A DNA stretch of 64,000 nt from Macrostomum lignano. Lineage: Eukaryota. Made by a program: the position numbers and the translations under genes. Each line of letters begins with the position of its first letter. Position 1 is the stretch's first letter. Positions 1-12,264 of the stretch are shown in pieces. The stretch covers positions 124,001-188,000 of the forward strand of contig NIVC01000127.1 of the NCBI GenBank assembly GCA_002269645.1, read 5' to 3'. The notes under the pieces are model-generated. The model was not told the origin of the DNA. It did not search any database and saw nothing but the letters and a program-made list of their open reading frames with translations.

Positions 1-486
1 ACTAATCAGAGTTACACAGTAAAGCTGCACAGTACTAGGCAAAACTGAATCTGTACTTTGAAAACTTGTTATTAACTGTATTTTTAAATCATCACCAGTA
101 GTAAAAAAACAATTTTCGTCTCGAGTGCTCATGTATACAGAAAAGCGTGCCCATATAAGACAGGTCAAAATTTGCAAATCAGCTTAATATCCTACTCAGT
201 ACTCAGTAGTGCGCATAAGCGAAGGCAATACAAATAATGTGCGTACATGTACATATTAATGTACAGCTCAGAAACCTGTTATGATATAACAAAGTCAAAA
301 TGTATTCAAATGATTAGTGATTATTGAATAAGAAAGCGATTTGCAATCACAGGTTTCTTTACCTTTACAAATTGGGAAGAACAAATTATTATTATTTTAA
401 AGTCTATAAACTGATATCAGTAATAAATAATGGATATACTTATAGTTATTATAGTGATTTATTGAGAGCTTATACGTCGTATCAAG

Positions 487-1968
487 TTACGCGCTGGCCT
501 CCGCTGCCAATGTCCCGGATTCTGCGGAATCTGCCATTGTCTGATGCTGCAGCCACCGCTGCTCTGTCTCCGGCTCCTCCAACTCGGCATCCTGCCTCGT
601 CTGCAGATCTGCATCAACTTTCACTTCAGCATCCGCAATCAGTTCCGGCTCTGCTGCTTCTTCCACATCCGGACTGACTTCCGGCTCGGCTTTTGATGAA
701 GCATTGGCAGCCTCCTCGCCGAGCTTGCCAGCCTCCGCAGGCTGCATCGCCGAGTCGACTTCGGCATCGGCTCCGGTAGCCTCGTCGAGCTCCTCCTCAT
801 CCGGCATCTCTTCGTCAACCTCGCCGTCTCCTTCTCCATCGCCCTCGCCGTCGATGGTGATGCTGTACTCGCCGGTCTCGTATCTGCGCTCGAGAAATTC
901 GAGACACTCCGAGCTAGTCAGCTTAGTCTCGATGTTCCGCTTGGGCTCGTTGCCGGGATGCGTGACCTCGATGTGGCGGACCAAGTGATCCTTGCGGTAG
1001 TAGGACTTCTGACAGCAGCGGCAGGCGAACGGCTTGAAGCCGACGTGTTTCAGCGAGTGACGCTGCAGGTTGGAGCGCTGGGTGAAGCTGGCGCTGCAGA
1101 ATGTGCACTTGTAGCTCTTGTGAAGCGAGTAGGTGTGCTTAGACAGGCTGGCCAGAGAGGCGAAGGCTTCGGGGCACTGATTGCAGGGGAAGCTGCGGTG
1201 ACCGCCGCGGCGGGAGCGGAGGCCAAACAGGGAGCGGGACCGCTGGCCAGACCGCTTGGAGTCGCTCTGCGTCACATTGCCGCTGCTGACGCCGCTGTTG
1301 TTGCTGTTGCTGCTACCGAGGATATCCAGACGAGCATCTGCTGTTGGGCTTTTTAACGAGTCCGAAACTGCTGACTGCTGCTGCTGTTGCTGCTGCGATT
1401 GCTGCGGTTGCTGCTGCTGCGGCCGAGTCGGCTGAAAGACCGCCGTAGGACTCGGGAAGACGCTGGCAGCAGTCAGGAAGCCAGTTGGCAGCAGGAAGTG
1501 CTGCTGGAAGCTCGGATTATTGACGTAGAAGCCAAGGCAGCCGCTGCCGCCAGTCTCCTTCTTGACTGTCGCGGCGCTGGGAGGATCGGCGCTGGCAGAG
1601 GCTGCCGCCGGGTCGCCGCCGCCGCCGCTGCTAGCCGCCACAAACGAGTCCAAACCGTTGGCAACCATCTTCTGCGGCGCCTGCGACTTTCGTTTCGACG
1701 ATTTCTCGGCCTTGGATGTCGCCACCGCCTCCGCCGGTGCCGCTGCTGCCGCAACCGTTGCAGTCGCAGCAGCTGACGCCGCAGTAGTCCTCACTGCTGG
1801 CATCGGCGCCGCCGCCAGGTCCTCGACAATGTCCAGGAAGACGGCGGATTCGTCCGAGCCGTCCAGACGAACGCTGACCAGGCAGGTGACCCGGGCGGAC
1901 CGTTCATAGCCGGGCAGGTGACTCCTAATAGCGTCTAACAGATCCGCGCGGAATTTGGCTCGGTCCAT
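487..1968 (-). CDS. C2H2 zinc-finger protein, 493 aa, single coding exon, 3 fingers
   Basis: ATG at 1968, TAA at 487-489. Three CxxC-x12-H-x3/4-H fingers: CNQC..HTYSLH, CTFC..HSLKH and CRCC..HIEVTH, with a VGFKPF linker resembling TGEKPF. Acidic C-terminus and Q/S-rich middle. A CAG acceptor lies 1 nt before the ATG; a possible 5'UTR intron spans 1970-2372 (GTGAGT donor). Confidence 0.9.
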   Translation of the reverse strand: MDRAKFRADLLDAIRSHLPGYERSARVTCLVSVRLDGSDESAVFLDIVEDLAAAPMPAVRTTAASAAATATVAAAAAPAEAVATSKAEKSSKRKSQAPQKMVANGLDSFVAASSGGGGDPAAASASADPPSAATVKKETGGSGCLGFYVNNPSFQQHFLLPTGFLTAASVFPSPTAVFQPTRPQQQQPQQSQQQQQQQSAVSDSLKSPTADARLDILGSSNSNNSGVSSGNVTQSDSKRSGQRSRSLFGLRSRRGGHRSFPCNQCPEAFASLASLSKHTYSLHKSYKCTFCSASFTQRSNLQRHSLKHVGFKPFACRCCQKSYYRKDHLVRHIEVTHPGNEPKRNIETKLTSSECLEFLERRYETGEYSITIDGEGDGEGDGEVDEEMPDEEELDEATGADAEVDSAMQPAEAGKLGEEAANASSKAEPEVSPDVEEAAEPELIADAEVKVDADLQTRQDAELEEPETEQRWLQHQTMADSAESGTLAAEASA

Positions 1969-2432
1969 TCTGGTGAAGTATCAGTTTCAGTATTCTTAGT
2001 TCTATACGAGGCCGATTTCCCAATACATAGGCAAATAGCTCATATATATGTGGCAATCTGGTATTACGGCCCACGAGCCTCCTGGAACTCTCCCACCTAC
2101 TGCTTTGCCCCCCCCCCCAACTCCTCTGAATTCCCCCTTTGTGGAGGGCAACCTGGGAAACCGAGCTGCAAAATCAGGAATAGAGGGGAAGCGTGCCCCC
2201 CCCCCTAAACTGCTGCTTCTGCAATATGTAACTCCCCTATCCCCTAGCAGCAGTGCTAGATAAGATATCTAATAAGGCATTCTTATGTCGCTTTTTCCCA
2301 CCTACTCGGGAAACTAAGCCGACATGCGTTGGACAGAGCGGGAGAGAATTAAGGTGCGGAATGAGGACTCACGATAAAGTAAGGCGCAAGATTTCCCTAT
2401 AAATACAGTACGGGCTACATTATTGGGTATTC

Positions 2433-2515
2433 GAATTCGCGCCAAAAAACAGTGTTTCTAATGCATACATCCCGATGGCAATTGGTGATTCAATGATTGG
2501 TTTTGGCGCGAATTC
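2433..2515. promoter_or_regulatory. Candidate cell-cycle-type promoter element of the zinc-finger gene (paired E2F-like sites plus two CCAAT boxes)
   Basis: Perfect 15-bp inverted repeat GAATTCGCGCCAAAA (2433-2447) / TTTTGGCGCGAATTC (2501-2515). Each arm contains the E2F-like TTTTGGCGCG. ATTGG occurs at 2481 and 2496. Confidence 0.4.
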
Positions 2516-3728
2516 AAAATGAAAATATTGATATAGAGATGGGATTAGCTGATTTGCTGCAGGAGACTTACCTATGTTGCCGATTACTTCGACTTAATTC
2601 TTTCGTTTATTTCCTACGGGAAGTCACACGCGAGGCAAGACAGTCAGGGGGGGGGGCAATGAAATACAAAAAATACTTCAGTGAGTGAGAGAGCAGGACC
2701 CGCCTGCTGCAGCCGCATATTATAAAGTTGTATTGTCGGGGAGACGAGAGGAGGGGAGGGAGGGGACAGGACTCGGTAAAATAGGGGGGGGACACCCGTC
2801 CTCTCCCTTTTCTCTCTGCTTGGAATACTTAAAAAAGGGTCTCCTCAAACCCCCTTACTAGAAAGGTTTGGAGAGAGACGACTGAGGAGAGGGGGAGTGA
2901 AGGCGGGGTGATAATGCGGGGTAAGGGGTAAGAGAGGAGAGCGCTGCTCCGACTTTGTGCTAGGGCGCGCTTTAGGGTTAAGTGGAGGGACAGAGGGGTG
3001 GGGGTGGGGCTAGGGGGCCGGCTGTATAATTGGGGAGGGGGTGGGTTTGGGCCTGAAAAGGAGAGCGAGAGGCCCCTCCCCAAACTTGTGCAGTTGCAGC
3101 CAGCCTAAGCGGGGGAGGGCTAAAGCTGAGAAATGATCCTCCTATCTATCTGGTCTGTGCTTCACGCCCTATGCCCAGTTCTCTCTCCCCTCAGCCAGTT
3201 CAAGCACACCACAACTCTCTCTCTCTCTCCTCTCCCTCTCTCAGGGTCTCAGCTCGGGAATTTGCTGGCGAGCTCTCCCTCTGTGTAGGGAAAGCAAGCC
3301 AGCGTTTGTTGTAGTTGAAGCAGGAGAGGCTGAAAAAATTGCTTCGCCTGGCGGTTGCGTAGCGTACTGGCCGCACTGCGTATTATTGTGCCCCCCTTTG
3401 CCACATGACCCTTCCCCGACCCCTCACTCCTACTTTCCCATTTGGGCACAGCACAGCACAGCGGCAAAAGCTGCTGCTATGCTATTACTAAGGCTGGCTA
3501 GCTTGATATCAGTGTACACTAGCGACTATGGATAATGGAGTGTGGAAGTGGAATGAATGTGGAGTCCTGGATCGTTGCGTGAGGATTGTAGTCGTAGGTT
3601 AGCTGGAATGCATTAATTTTTTTCTGAATTTCCCTCCAATAACGACTTTATTGATCCACACCTAACCACCAGGCAAGGTGTACTCACATCGGCACATTGT
3701 TCACGTGCACGTCCACGAAGTCCACGAA

Positions 3729-4108
3729 GACTTTCAACTCCTAAGACCCAACTCCCAAGACTTCCAACTCCTAAGACCCAACTCCCAAGACTTCCAACTC
3801 CTAAGACCCAACTCCCGAGACTTCCAACTCCTAAGACCCAACTCCCGAGACTTCCAACTCCTAAGACCCAACTCCCAAGACTTCCAACTCCTAAGACCCA
3901 ACTCCCGAGACTTCCAACTCCTAAGACCCAACTCCCGAGACTTCCAACTCCTAAGACCCAACTCCCAAGACTTCCAACTCCTAAGACCCAACTCCCAAGA
4001 CTTCCAACTCCTAAGACCCAACTCCCGAGACTTCCAACTCCTAAGACCCAACTCCCAAGACTTCCAACTCCTAAGACCCAACTCCCGAGACTTCCAACTC
4101 CTAAGACT
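3729..4108. repeat. 30-bp minisatellite (GACTTCCAACTCCTAAGACCCAACTCCCRA), about 12.5 copies, followed by a degenerate CCCAAGATT tail to about 4225
   Basis: Direct periodicity; it explains the DFQLLRPNSQ ORF. Confidence 0.95.
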
Positions 4109-5281
4109 CACAACTCCTAATATTCCCAAATCCCAAGATTCCCAAATCCCAAAATTCCCAAATCCCAAGATTCCCAACTCCCAAGATTCCCAATCCCCAA
4201 GATTCTCAAATCCCAGGATTCCCTGCTCTAAATACGGGAGAGGATGGGGGCTTCATCAAGGACTTCTGAATTGTATAGTAGACTAGCTCATCTCGTACTT
4301 CTAATGGTCCTTGGGCTTCACTTGGCCCACCGTCTGCATTCCGGAATTTGCCGAAGAAATCTTGAAGACAGATCAATGACAGTACGAGCTACACTCGCTG
4401 TTTTTCATTTTCTCATTCGAATTCTCTCCGCACCCCTCTCCGATATACAAAAGGGAACTCGCACAGATTGCCTGGCCTCACCTGTTACGAAGAGGAGAGA
4501 GGGAGAGGGAGAGGGAGGGAGAGGGGAGAGAGAGGAGGGGGCAAGGTCCGCTCGGTACAGGACGGGGTTCGCTCTAAATTATAAAACTTAATGCCCCCCC
4601 AGCTGTGCAGGCAGCTTTTTATCTTTCCTGCAGCGAGAGGAGGACTTGCCGCTTTTTCCATTTCAGCCCCTCCCCCCTCGTCTTCTGCTGCGTAACTCTC
4701 TGCTGGGCCTGAGCACTCGATGACTGGAGCTTAACTGAATGCGGACCGAGGTTGCGGAGAGAAAGGGGAGAGAGAGACAAGTAGGGACAGCAGGGAGTGA
4801 GGTGGGCTGCGGCCGGTGGCTTCCCTCAGGTTGGGTTGAGCAGCCTGAAAACAATACAGCCAAAAGCTTTTTATAGGCACAATAATGGGGCGAGTGCAGA
4901 GCAGGAAAAGCAGCACTGCACTGCAGTCAGCTCATGCAGCAGCAGCAGCAGCGGCAACACACCATGTGTGTGTGGTGTGTGTGTGTGTGCAATTTTGAAT
5001 TGAACGAATTGCATTCTATACTAAACTAAACCGCATACCGCCCCTTCGGAATAGAAGGAGAGGGAGAGTCTGAGGGGGGGTGTAACAACTTGTGCTAAAG
5101 CTACATAACAAAACTTGGACACATCTTTCTAACAATAAAGCACAATTTGCTATCCTTCGTAAAAGCTATCCCAGTCGTCTGTAAGTGCCATTAAGACAGC
5201 GCTTGGCCTCTGCAATCGCTTCTGCACATTGCAAGGAGCATTTATGGTCTCTGAGCAATAGTGTCATGTCTAGTCTGTTAG

Positions 5282-5618
5282 ACTGCCGGATTGTCAGACT
5301 GTCGGATTGTAAGACTGTCGGATTGTCAGACTGTCGGATTGTAAGACTGTCGGATTGTCAGACTGTCGGATTGTAAGACTGTCGGATTGTCAGACTGTCG
5401 GATTGTAAGACTGTCGGATTGTCAGACTGTCGGATTGTAAGACTGTCGGATTGTCAGACTGTCGGATTGTCAGACTGTATCGGATTGTCAGACTGTTGGA
5501 TTGTCAGACTGTCGGATTGTCAGACTGTCGGATTGTCAGACTGTCGGATTGTCAGACTGTCGGATTGTCAGACTGTCGGATTGTCAGACTGTCGGATTGT
5601 CAGACTGTTGGATTGTCA
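5282..5618. repeat. 16-bp minisatellite (GATTGTCAGACTGTCG), about 21 copies
   Basis: Direct periodicity with C/A variants. Confidence 0.95.
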
Positions 5619-6361
5619 GAGCAATACTGCAAAGTATTTGATTTAATTTTTTATGAAACAATTTCAGACCACTTTGATCCCAAACACTCTACTACTCTGT
5701 TAATAGTAAGTAGCAAATAGCGTATGGATTATTCACTGTTAAGAGTAATTGGAACTGGCAGAATTCTGTGCTACGTTTTTCGACTAAAAGCTTGCGAATC
5801 GAGCTGCTGTTGATGAGTTAAAACCGAGTTCAGCAGATCATGCGGGGTTGAGCTTCGGTGCTTGAGCACCGAATTAAGAGATAAAGCAGAGATTTTCTTT
5901 TAATCTTCTCTCCCCTCATACATTAAAATCCTGCTTAGCTGTAAAGTTGATGATGCATGCAATAATTGCTATACCATAATCTTCGTGTTAAATAACTGCA
6001 GAGATCCCTGTTCCTTACCTAGCCCGGGAATTAATCTTTATAGTGACTTCTTAGCTCGGGTTTCATACAGCAATAGATCAAGGAGAATTAGAAGTGGAAA
6101 CTCGTTTCGGTGAGCAAATATACCAGAAAAAGGCTTTTGATTGACCTTCCAATAATATATTTTTGTTTCAAACTGATTGTTACTATTTCTGGGGGCCTTC
6201 TGGGAGCCTAGGGTTTGAGCCTTCAAAAGTTTTTCCTAGAAACGATGTGTCCCATCCTTCTTATTAGAGGGGACAAAAACCTACCGTCATTTACATGTAC
6301 TTTAACATGAAAGTATAAACAGCATTTAGGAATATTCAAGACAATACGAAAAGTACTCCAG

Positions 6362-7471
6362 CAAAGATTAGCGAATCAAATGGATCAGTGAGCAGTCAGG
6401 CTAATTACGGTAATAGTTGCTCTCTCAGGTGTCAGCAGAGATTACAGAATCAAATGAATCTGTGAGCAGTCAGGCTAATTACGGTAACAGTTGCTCTCTC
6501 AGGTGTCAGCAGAGATTACAGAATCAAATGAATCTGTGAGCAGTCAGGCTAATTACGGTAACAGTTGCTCTCTCAGGTGTCAGCAGAGATTACAGAATCA
6601 AATGAATCTGTGAGCAGTCAGGCTAATTACGGTAACAGTTGCTCTCTCAGGTGTCAGCAGAGATTACCGAATCAAATGAATCCGTGAGCAGTCAGGCTAA
6701 TTACGGTAACAGTTGCTCTCTCAGGTGTCAGCAGAGATTACCGAATCAAATGAATCCGTGAGCAGTCAGGCTAATTACGGTAACAGTTGCTCTCTCAGGT
6801 GTCAGCAGAGATTACCGAATCAAATGAATCCGTGAGCAGTCAGGCTAATTACGGTAACAGTTGCTCTCTCAGGTGTCAGCAGAGATTACAGAATCAAATG
6901 AATCTGTGAGCAGTCAGGCTAATTACGGTAACAGTTGCTCTCTCAGGTGTCAGCAGAGATTACAGAATCAAATGAATCTGTGAGCAGTCAGGCTAATTAC
7001 GGTAACAGTTGCTCTCTCAGGTGTCAGGAGAGATTACCGAATCAAATGAATCTGTGAGCAGTCAGGCTAATTACGGTAACAGTTGCTCTCCCAGGTGTCA
7101 GCAGAGATTACAGAATCAAATGAATCTGTGAGCAGTCAGGCTAATTACGGTAACAGTTGCTCTCTCAGGTGTCAGGAGAGATTACCGAATCAAATGAATC
7201 TGTGAGCAGTCAGGCTAATTACGGTAACAGTTGCTCTCTCAGGTGTCAGCAGAGATTACAGAATCAAATGAATCTGTGAGCAGTCAGGCTAATTACGGTA
7301 ACAGTTGCTCTCTCAGGTGTCAGCAGAGATTACAGAATCAAATGAATCTGTGAGCAGTCAGGCTAATTACGGTAACAGTTGCTCTCTCAGGTGTCAGCAG
7401 AGATTACAGAATCAAATGAATCTGTGAGCAGTCAGGCTAATTACGGTAACATTTGCTCTCTCAGGTGTCAG
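6362..7471. repeat. 74-bp tandem repeat, about 15 near-identical copies, directly downstream of the pseudokinase stop
   Basis: AGCAGAG recurs at 6434, 6508 and onward (period 74). Confidence 0.95.
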
Positions 7472-7504
7472 TGAGGATCGGATTAGTGACGCTGAGTCAG
7501 CTCG

Positions 7505-10500
7505 CTAGCCGAACAAGCTGTACAGCACGCGCGACCTGCTGGTGAAGTAGGAACCGACCATCCGGTCAGCGTCGTCACCAAGATTGGTGGCCGGCTTCGA
7601 AGGCGTCGGCTCCCTGTTGTAGCCCTGCATGATGAGGCTGTGTGCGAACCAGAGTCCCTCGGGAGGCTGGGCTATCTCCAGGGCCTCCCAGTTGGTGTTC
7701 TTAGGGGTGGCGAAGTTGTTGGATGAAGCAAAATCGATTGATAGCGGAAAAATTTATGACCTGAATTTATATTAATTTTGTTTGATTGGGGTTGTGAACT
7801 TCGTTCAGACATCTCAATCGATTCTAATCTCTGTCAGCTGGATGTCACATATCGATTCTAATCTCTGTCAGCTGGATGTCACATATCGATTCTAATCTCT
7901 GTCAGCTGGATGTCACATATCGATTCTAATCTCTGTCAGCTGGATGTCACATATCGATTCTAATCTCTGTCAGCTGGATGTCACATATCGATTCTAATCT
8001 CTGTCAGCTGGATGTCACATATCGATTCTAATCTCTGTCAGCTGGATGTCACATATCGATTCTAATCTCTGTCAGCTGGATGTCACATATCGATTCTAAT
8101 CTCTGTCAGCTGGATGTCACATATCGATTCTAATCTCTGTCAGCTGGATGTCACATATCGATTCTAATCTCTGTCAGCTGGATGTCACATATCGATTCTA
8201 ATCTCTGTCAGCTGGATGTCACATATCGATTCTAATCTCTGTCAGCTGGATGTCACATATCGATTCTAATCTCTGTCAGCTGGATGTCACATATCGATTC
8301 TAATCTCTGTCAGCTGGATGTCACATATCGATTCTAATCTCTGTCAGCTGGATGTCACATATCGATTCTAATCTCTGTCAGCTGGATGTCACATATCGAT
8401 TCTAATCTCTGTCAGCTGGATGTCACATATCGATTCTAATCTCTGTCAGCTGGATGTCACATATGGATTCCTGTACGTGGGGCCAAAAGCAGTGCAAATG
8501 TCTAACTTTTAATGCGTGTACGCTCGTACTTACAATAAAATAGTTGTGCTCCATCATGAGCTGATAGCCTTTGAACTCGAACTCTCCGTAACCGGCATCG
8601 AGGTTGAAGTCGTTGCTAAAACCCGAACCCGAGGATTTAGGCTTTTGGGCGTTTTTCCCCGCCAATGAGGCCGAACAGTTCGTCTGGGGCATCAGCGCTG
8701 ATTTTCCCGGGCCAAGCGGCATCGGACGGCCTTCGTCGTCAAAATCGAGGCGCCATGACAGATGCTGTCCGGCCACTGGCGGCCGTTTTGGCAGCGGCCT
8801 CGCAGCCAGCCGAGGCTTCGGCAACGGCGGCGTCGAGTGCTGCGTGGCTGGCACGAGACCGACAGTCTGCGGCTGGGCGCGCTTCGACCGATGCCCGGCC
8901 GGCAGCTGAGGAGTCGGCTCCAGCATCGACCCGGACTCTGACACGGATGCTGATTTCGGCGTGCCGCCATTCTCGGCGTCCGCTGTCGCGGATAGCGGCG
9001 TCTTCCAGGACTCCCTGATTGATTTCATTGAAGCCGTGGACCAACCTTTCAGACGCCCTTTCGAAGCCTGGTCGAAGTACATGGACGAGCTCACTCGTGC
9101 CCGCTGCAACTCCTGCCTGCGCTGCCAGAGGCGCTCGTTTTTTGCCTCCTTGATGGCGTCCCGCTGAGCGAAGTTGCCGGTGGCGCCCTGACTTCCACCG
9201 AAGCCGGTCATGGCTGTGCCGGCCGCAAACGAACTGGCCGCGCCCATGGATGCTCGAGAAATTCGAATCTGCCCGACCGCGTCGCTGTCGCTTTCGAAGC
9301 CTTCAAAATCATCAACTGGATCAATGAATTGGCTGGAGACGCGCGAATAGCCGGCCAGTTGGCTGGCGCTGCGCATCAACTCCAGCTCCAGTATTTTCTG
9401 TGCGCGGGTAAGCGGATAGGGAGTCTATTATTGCCCGGGGTATTATTGACACATTGAAAGGCAGCTAACCGAGATTAGACAAAGCCGGACACCAACTTCT
9501 AATAGCTTCCCAGCCGTTATAGCTTCTTTATTAGCAAAATTTTAGCCTAGTGGTCAGAGCGTCGGACTCACGACTGAAAGACACTTCACTCTGCATTGCT
9601 TCAGTTCACCCAGCTGTAAAATGGGTGCCAGCATTAGCTGGGGTAATTGAGGGTGTATGTGGCGACCCCCCCTGCCCCCAGTCCTTGGACTGAGCAGCCG
9701 TACGCAGCTTTCAGATGCGCCGCGCAATAGCTGCGGCTGAGCTGTCGGTTGCACATCTGCCCATTAGGACAGGTGTAATCAATTATTAATCAATTATAAT
9801 TGATTATTTATCAATCAATTATATTATTAACATAGCTCGTACAACACTACGCATTACTACGAAGATATCTAAAACTTACTTCCTCTTCAGCTCTAGGAAT
9901 GCGACTCCACGAGTAGCACAGGTCGGCTTCCATCCAGCTGGGCTGAAGACTCTCCAGTATTCGGCGCATCGCCTCCTTGGTGACAATTTTGTTCCTGATG
10001 TAGCGAACGAGCGCTCCGAAATTGTGACAATCGCAGAGCTTCGGGTCCATGCACTCGGCCGTGAGGCGACACTTTGGACAGATGCCAACAAACACGTCCC
10101 TGCGCCTGTGGTCGTCGGCAGTTGAATGCATGTGAGAGATGCTGAAGTGTCGAATATTGTCGCAGTGCAGAACTCCCAGCATAGCGGCGTATCGCAGAGC
10201 GTCCAGCTGGTGAGAAGCTTCGCCGATTTTTTCGCAAAGCGACGTGTCGAAATCGGTAATCTGCGGCCGACCATAGTAGTCGAGCGCGATGCTGCACAGA
10301 GACAGATTGCCGTGATAGATGCAACTGTGGCGCATGAACTCCAAGCCCAGCAGAATGCAGGCGGCGTAATAGCGTACGCTATTGTGCGAGAGATGCACCA
10401 CTAGCTTCTTGAGGTCGCTCAGGTACATGTTCGGTGGCAGGGGAGCAATGACGAGCATGTCCCGTTGATGAAGTCTAGCCGCCACTACTGGCTGTACAAA

Positions 10501-11242
10501 CGCTGTCACTCTGGCTAGGTCCGTCTGCACCTTAAAAATCGCTTTAAAACTCTTTATTATCCTCTTGCTCTCTTCGTCATCCCATTCGCGTAAAGATCGA
10601 CTAGTGCACGCGTACCGGACGCCAGTGTCGGTGCAGCGAACGCATCTGCAAATCGAGGAGCCGAGGAGAATTAGGCGTATCAGGTGACTTACCGATCGGT
10701 TGCTTAATAATCTAGTCAAAGGTGCGCTGAAGAGGGGCACCGATTGAGGCTCTGAAGTGGGTCTAAAGCCATGTTTCATGGTTTAATGTGACCTAAAAGT
10801 CTTGTCCTGCGGTAAAGTGTCAAAAGGATGTAACTTGGTCTCGAAAGTGTATTCGAGTAAGCTGCCCATTGATGGTCAATTGATTCTTCGACGCTATGTG
10901 TACATGTATACGGAGTGGACGGACAATTGATGGTGGACAAGCAATTGAGCACATGGCTATAATGTTCTTTTAGTTAACTCTGCCATCTGCCATATTACTT
11001 GCTCAGACCTACCGAGTTCCATTCTGGACGCTCTGCCGGTGGTCCAGCCAGAAATCTCGCGTCATGTGCCTCAGATCGAATGAGCCGTCAACCAGCAGGA
11101 TTCGACTTTTACGACGCTGCTTGCGTGAGTCAACGTCCATATCGCTGGATAGGCTGTAACTGAAATCAATGCTTTTTGAAGTCTTTGAACTCTGGTTCGG
11201 CTTTTGCTTTGCGTCACGTTTTGGCGAGATTTCTCCCGACAT
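7505..11242 (-). CDS. AGC-kinase-like pseudokinase, about 723 aa. Exons 11013-11242, 9880-10762, 8534-9397, 7505-7699
   Basis: VRYYAACILLGLEFMRHSCIYHGNLSLCSIALDYYGRPQITDFD aligns with the AGC consensus FYAAEIVLALEYLH..IIHRDLKPENILLD..GHIKLTDFG. The splice GTAAGT(8533) to TAAG(7700) creates MEHNYFINTNWEALE, matching the AGC HPFF..I.WEAL motif. Intron phases 2,0,0 are consistent. The first exon and the last acceptor are less certain. Confidence 0.75.
7817..8465. repeat. 34-bp minisatellite (ATCGATTCTAATCTCTGTCAGCTGGATGTCACAT), about 19 apparently identical copies, in pseudokinase intron 3
   Basis: Period 34 (7817, 7851 and onward). Confidence 0.95.
9543..9766 (+). mobile_element. tRNA-derived CORE-like SINE, copy 1 (B-box region deleted), in pseudokinase intron 2
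   Basis: A-box TAGCCTAGTGG. AGACACTTCACTCTG..TTCAGTTCACCCAGCTGTAAAATGGG resembles the MIR/CORE domain. About 100 bp of the 3' part is nearly identical to the reverse complement of 21687-21800. Confidence 0.8.
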
Positions 11243-12130
11243 TTTGACTTCTGGCTTCTTTTTTGGTGCAATTCTCTGCTTTAATAAGAAAACTGACACT
11301 GATTTCTATGAGCCTACGAGTCGTACCTGAGCTTAATCAAAATCTGTTTTATTTCAATCAGTTCACAGACTGTTTGTCAATCAAACTGGGATCGAAGAAA
11401 GGGATCGATTCCCACGCACAGACAAAAGAGAGCGGATGAAGAAGCCGTCTATGGTTGCGCGCAGCTATTAATAGAAAATATCGATAAACACAAGGAACTT
11501 TATACCCCGGTGACAGTGCGGTGCTTTTTCTCTCTGACTTTGCAAAACGTCACGGAGTCTTACACCATATCAGGGGCAGTGCAGCTGGCTCTCTGGTGAA
11601 CGCGACTGGCTCTCGCGCCACGGACCCTAATTTGAAAACGCATTTGTTTGGCGCTTGTGAGCGAAAACTGGGTTTTCGCACCCATGAGGGCACAGAGTGT
11701 GCCTGTGCTCAGGAGCCAGTGGAATGGGAAGAATTGCCTCAGCACTGGCTGTTGAGTGCTGTGAGTCACCGAAGGTGCTGCGCCAGGGGTGCCCGCAGCC
11801 TTCCTGCCAATACTTTATTGTACCCGATCGTATGCTTTTTAGAAGTCCTTGTGTGCGCATGCAGCTCACAGAATCATAGACAGCAGATCTTATTATAGCA
11901 GCTTGTATTGTGATGAAACTTACGGCTCGTACAATAACTAAGACCTCGTGCAGAAACATGATCAAAGTTTCTAGACGATATTTCCGATGAAGCATGACGA
12001 ACTTTCATGAGTCACATGCTCCAGGGCACAGAACACAGTGCAGGCATATGAGAGAATTTCATACAAAAAACGCTTACATACTTGTAGGACTACAGAGAGC
12101 AGAGGCTGCAGACGGGGGTCGGAATTGCTC

Positions 12131-12264
<134 letters not shown>

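Noticed and set aside
639-1909. Overlapping and antisense ORFs within the GC-rich genes (also 8604-9167, 12744-13912, 24750-25584, 34321-34699, 54495-54783, 59282-60004)
   Set aside because: These are shadow ORFs caused by high GC codon bias in the real coding frames.
5854-5873. Perfect hairpin TTCGGTGCT-TG-AGCACCGAA
   Set aside because: It is isolated, with no downstream CTRR, U-tract or second copy to assign a role.
10762-10806. Pseudokinase start at ATG 10779, or acceptors at 10807 and 10793
   Set aside because: Both upstream acceptors run into in-frame stops. The phase-2 acceptor at 10763 joins the upstream exon cleanly, so it was preferred, but the 10779 start cannot be excluded.
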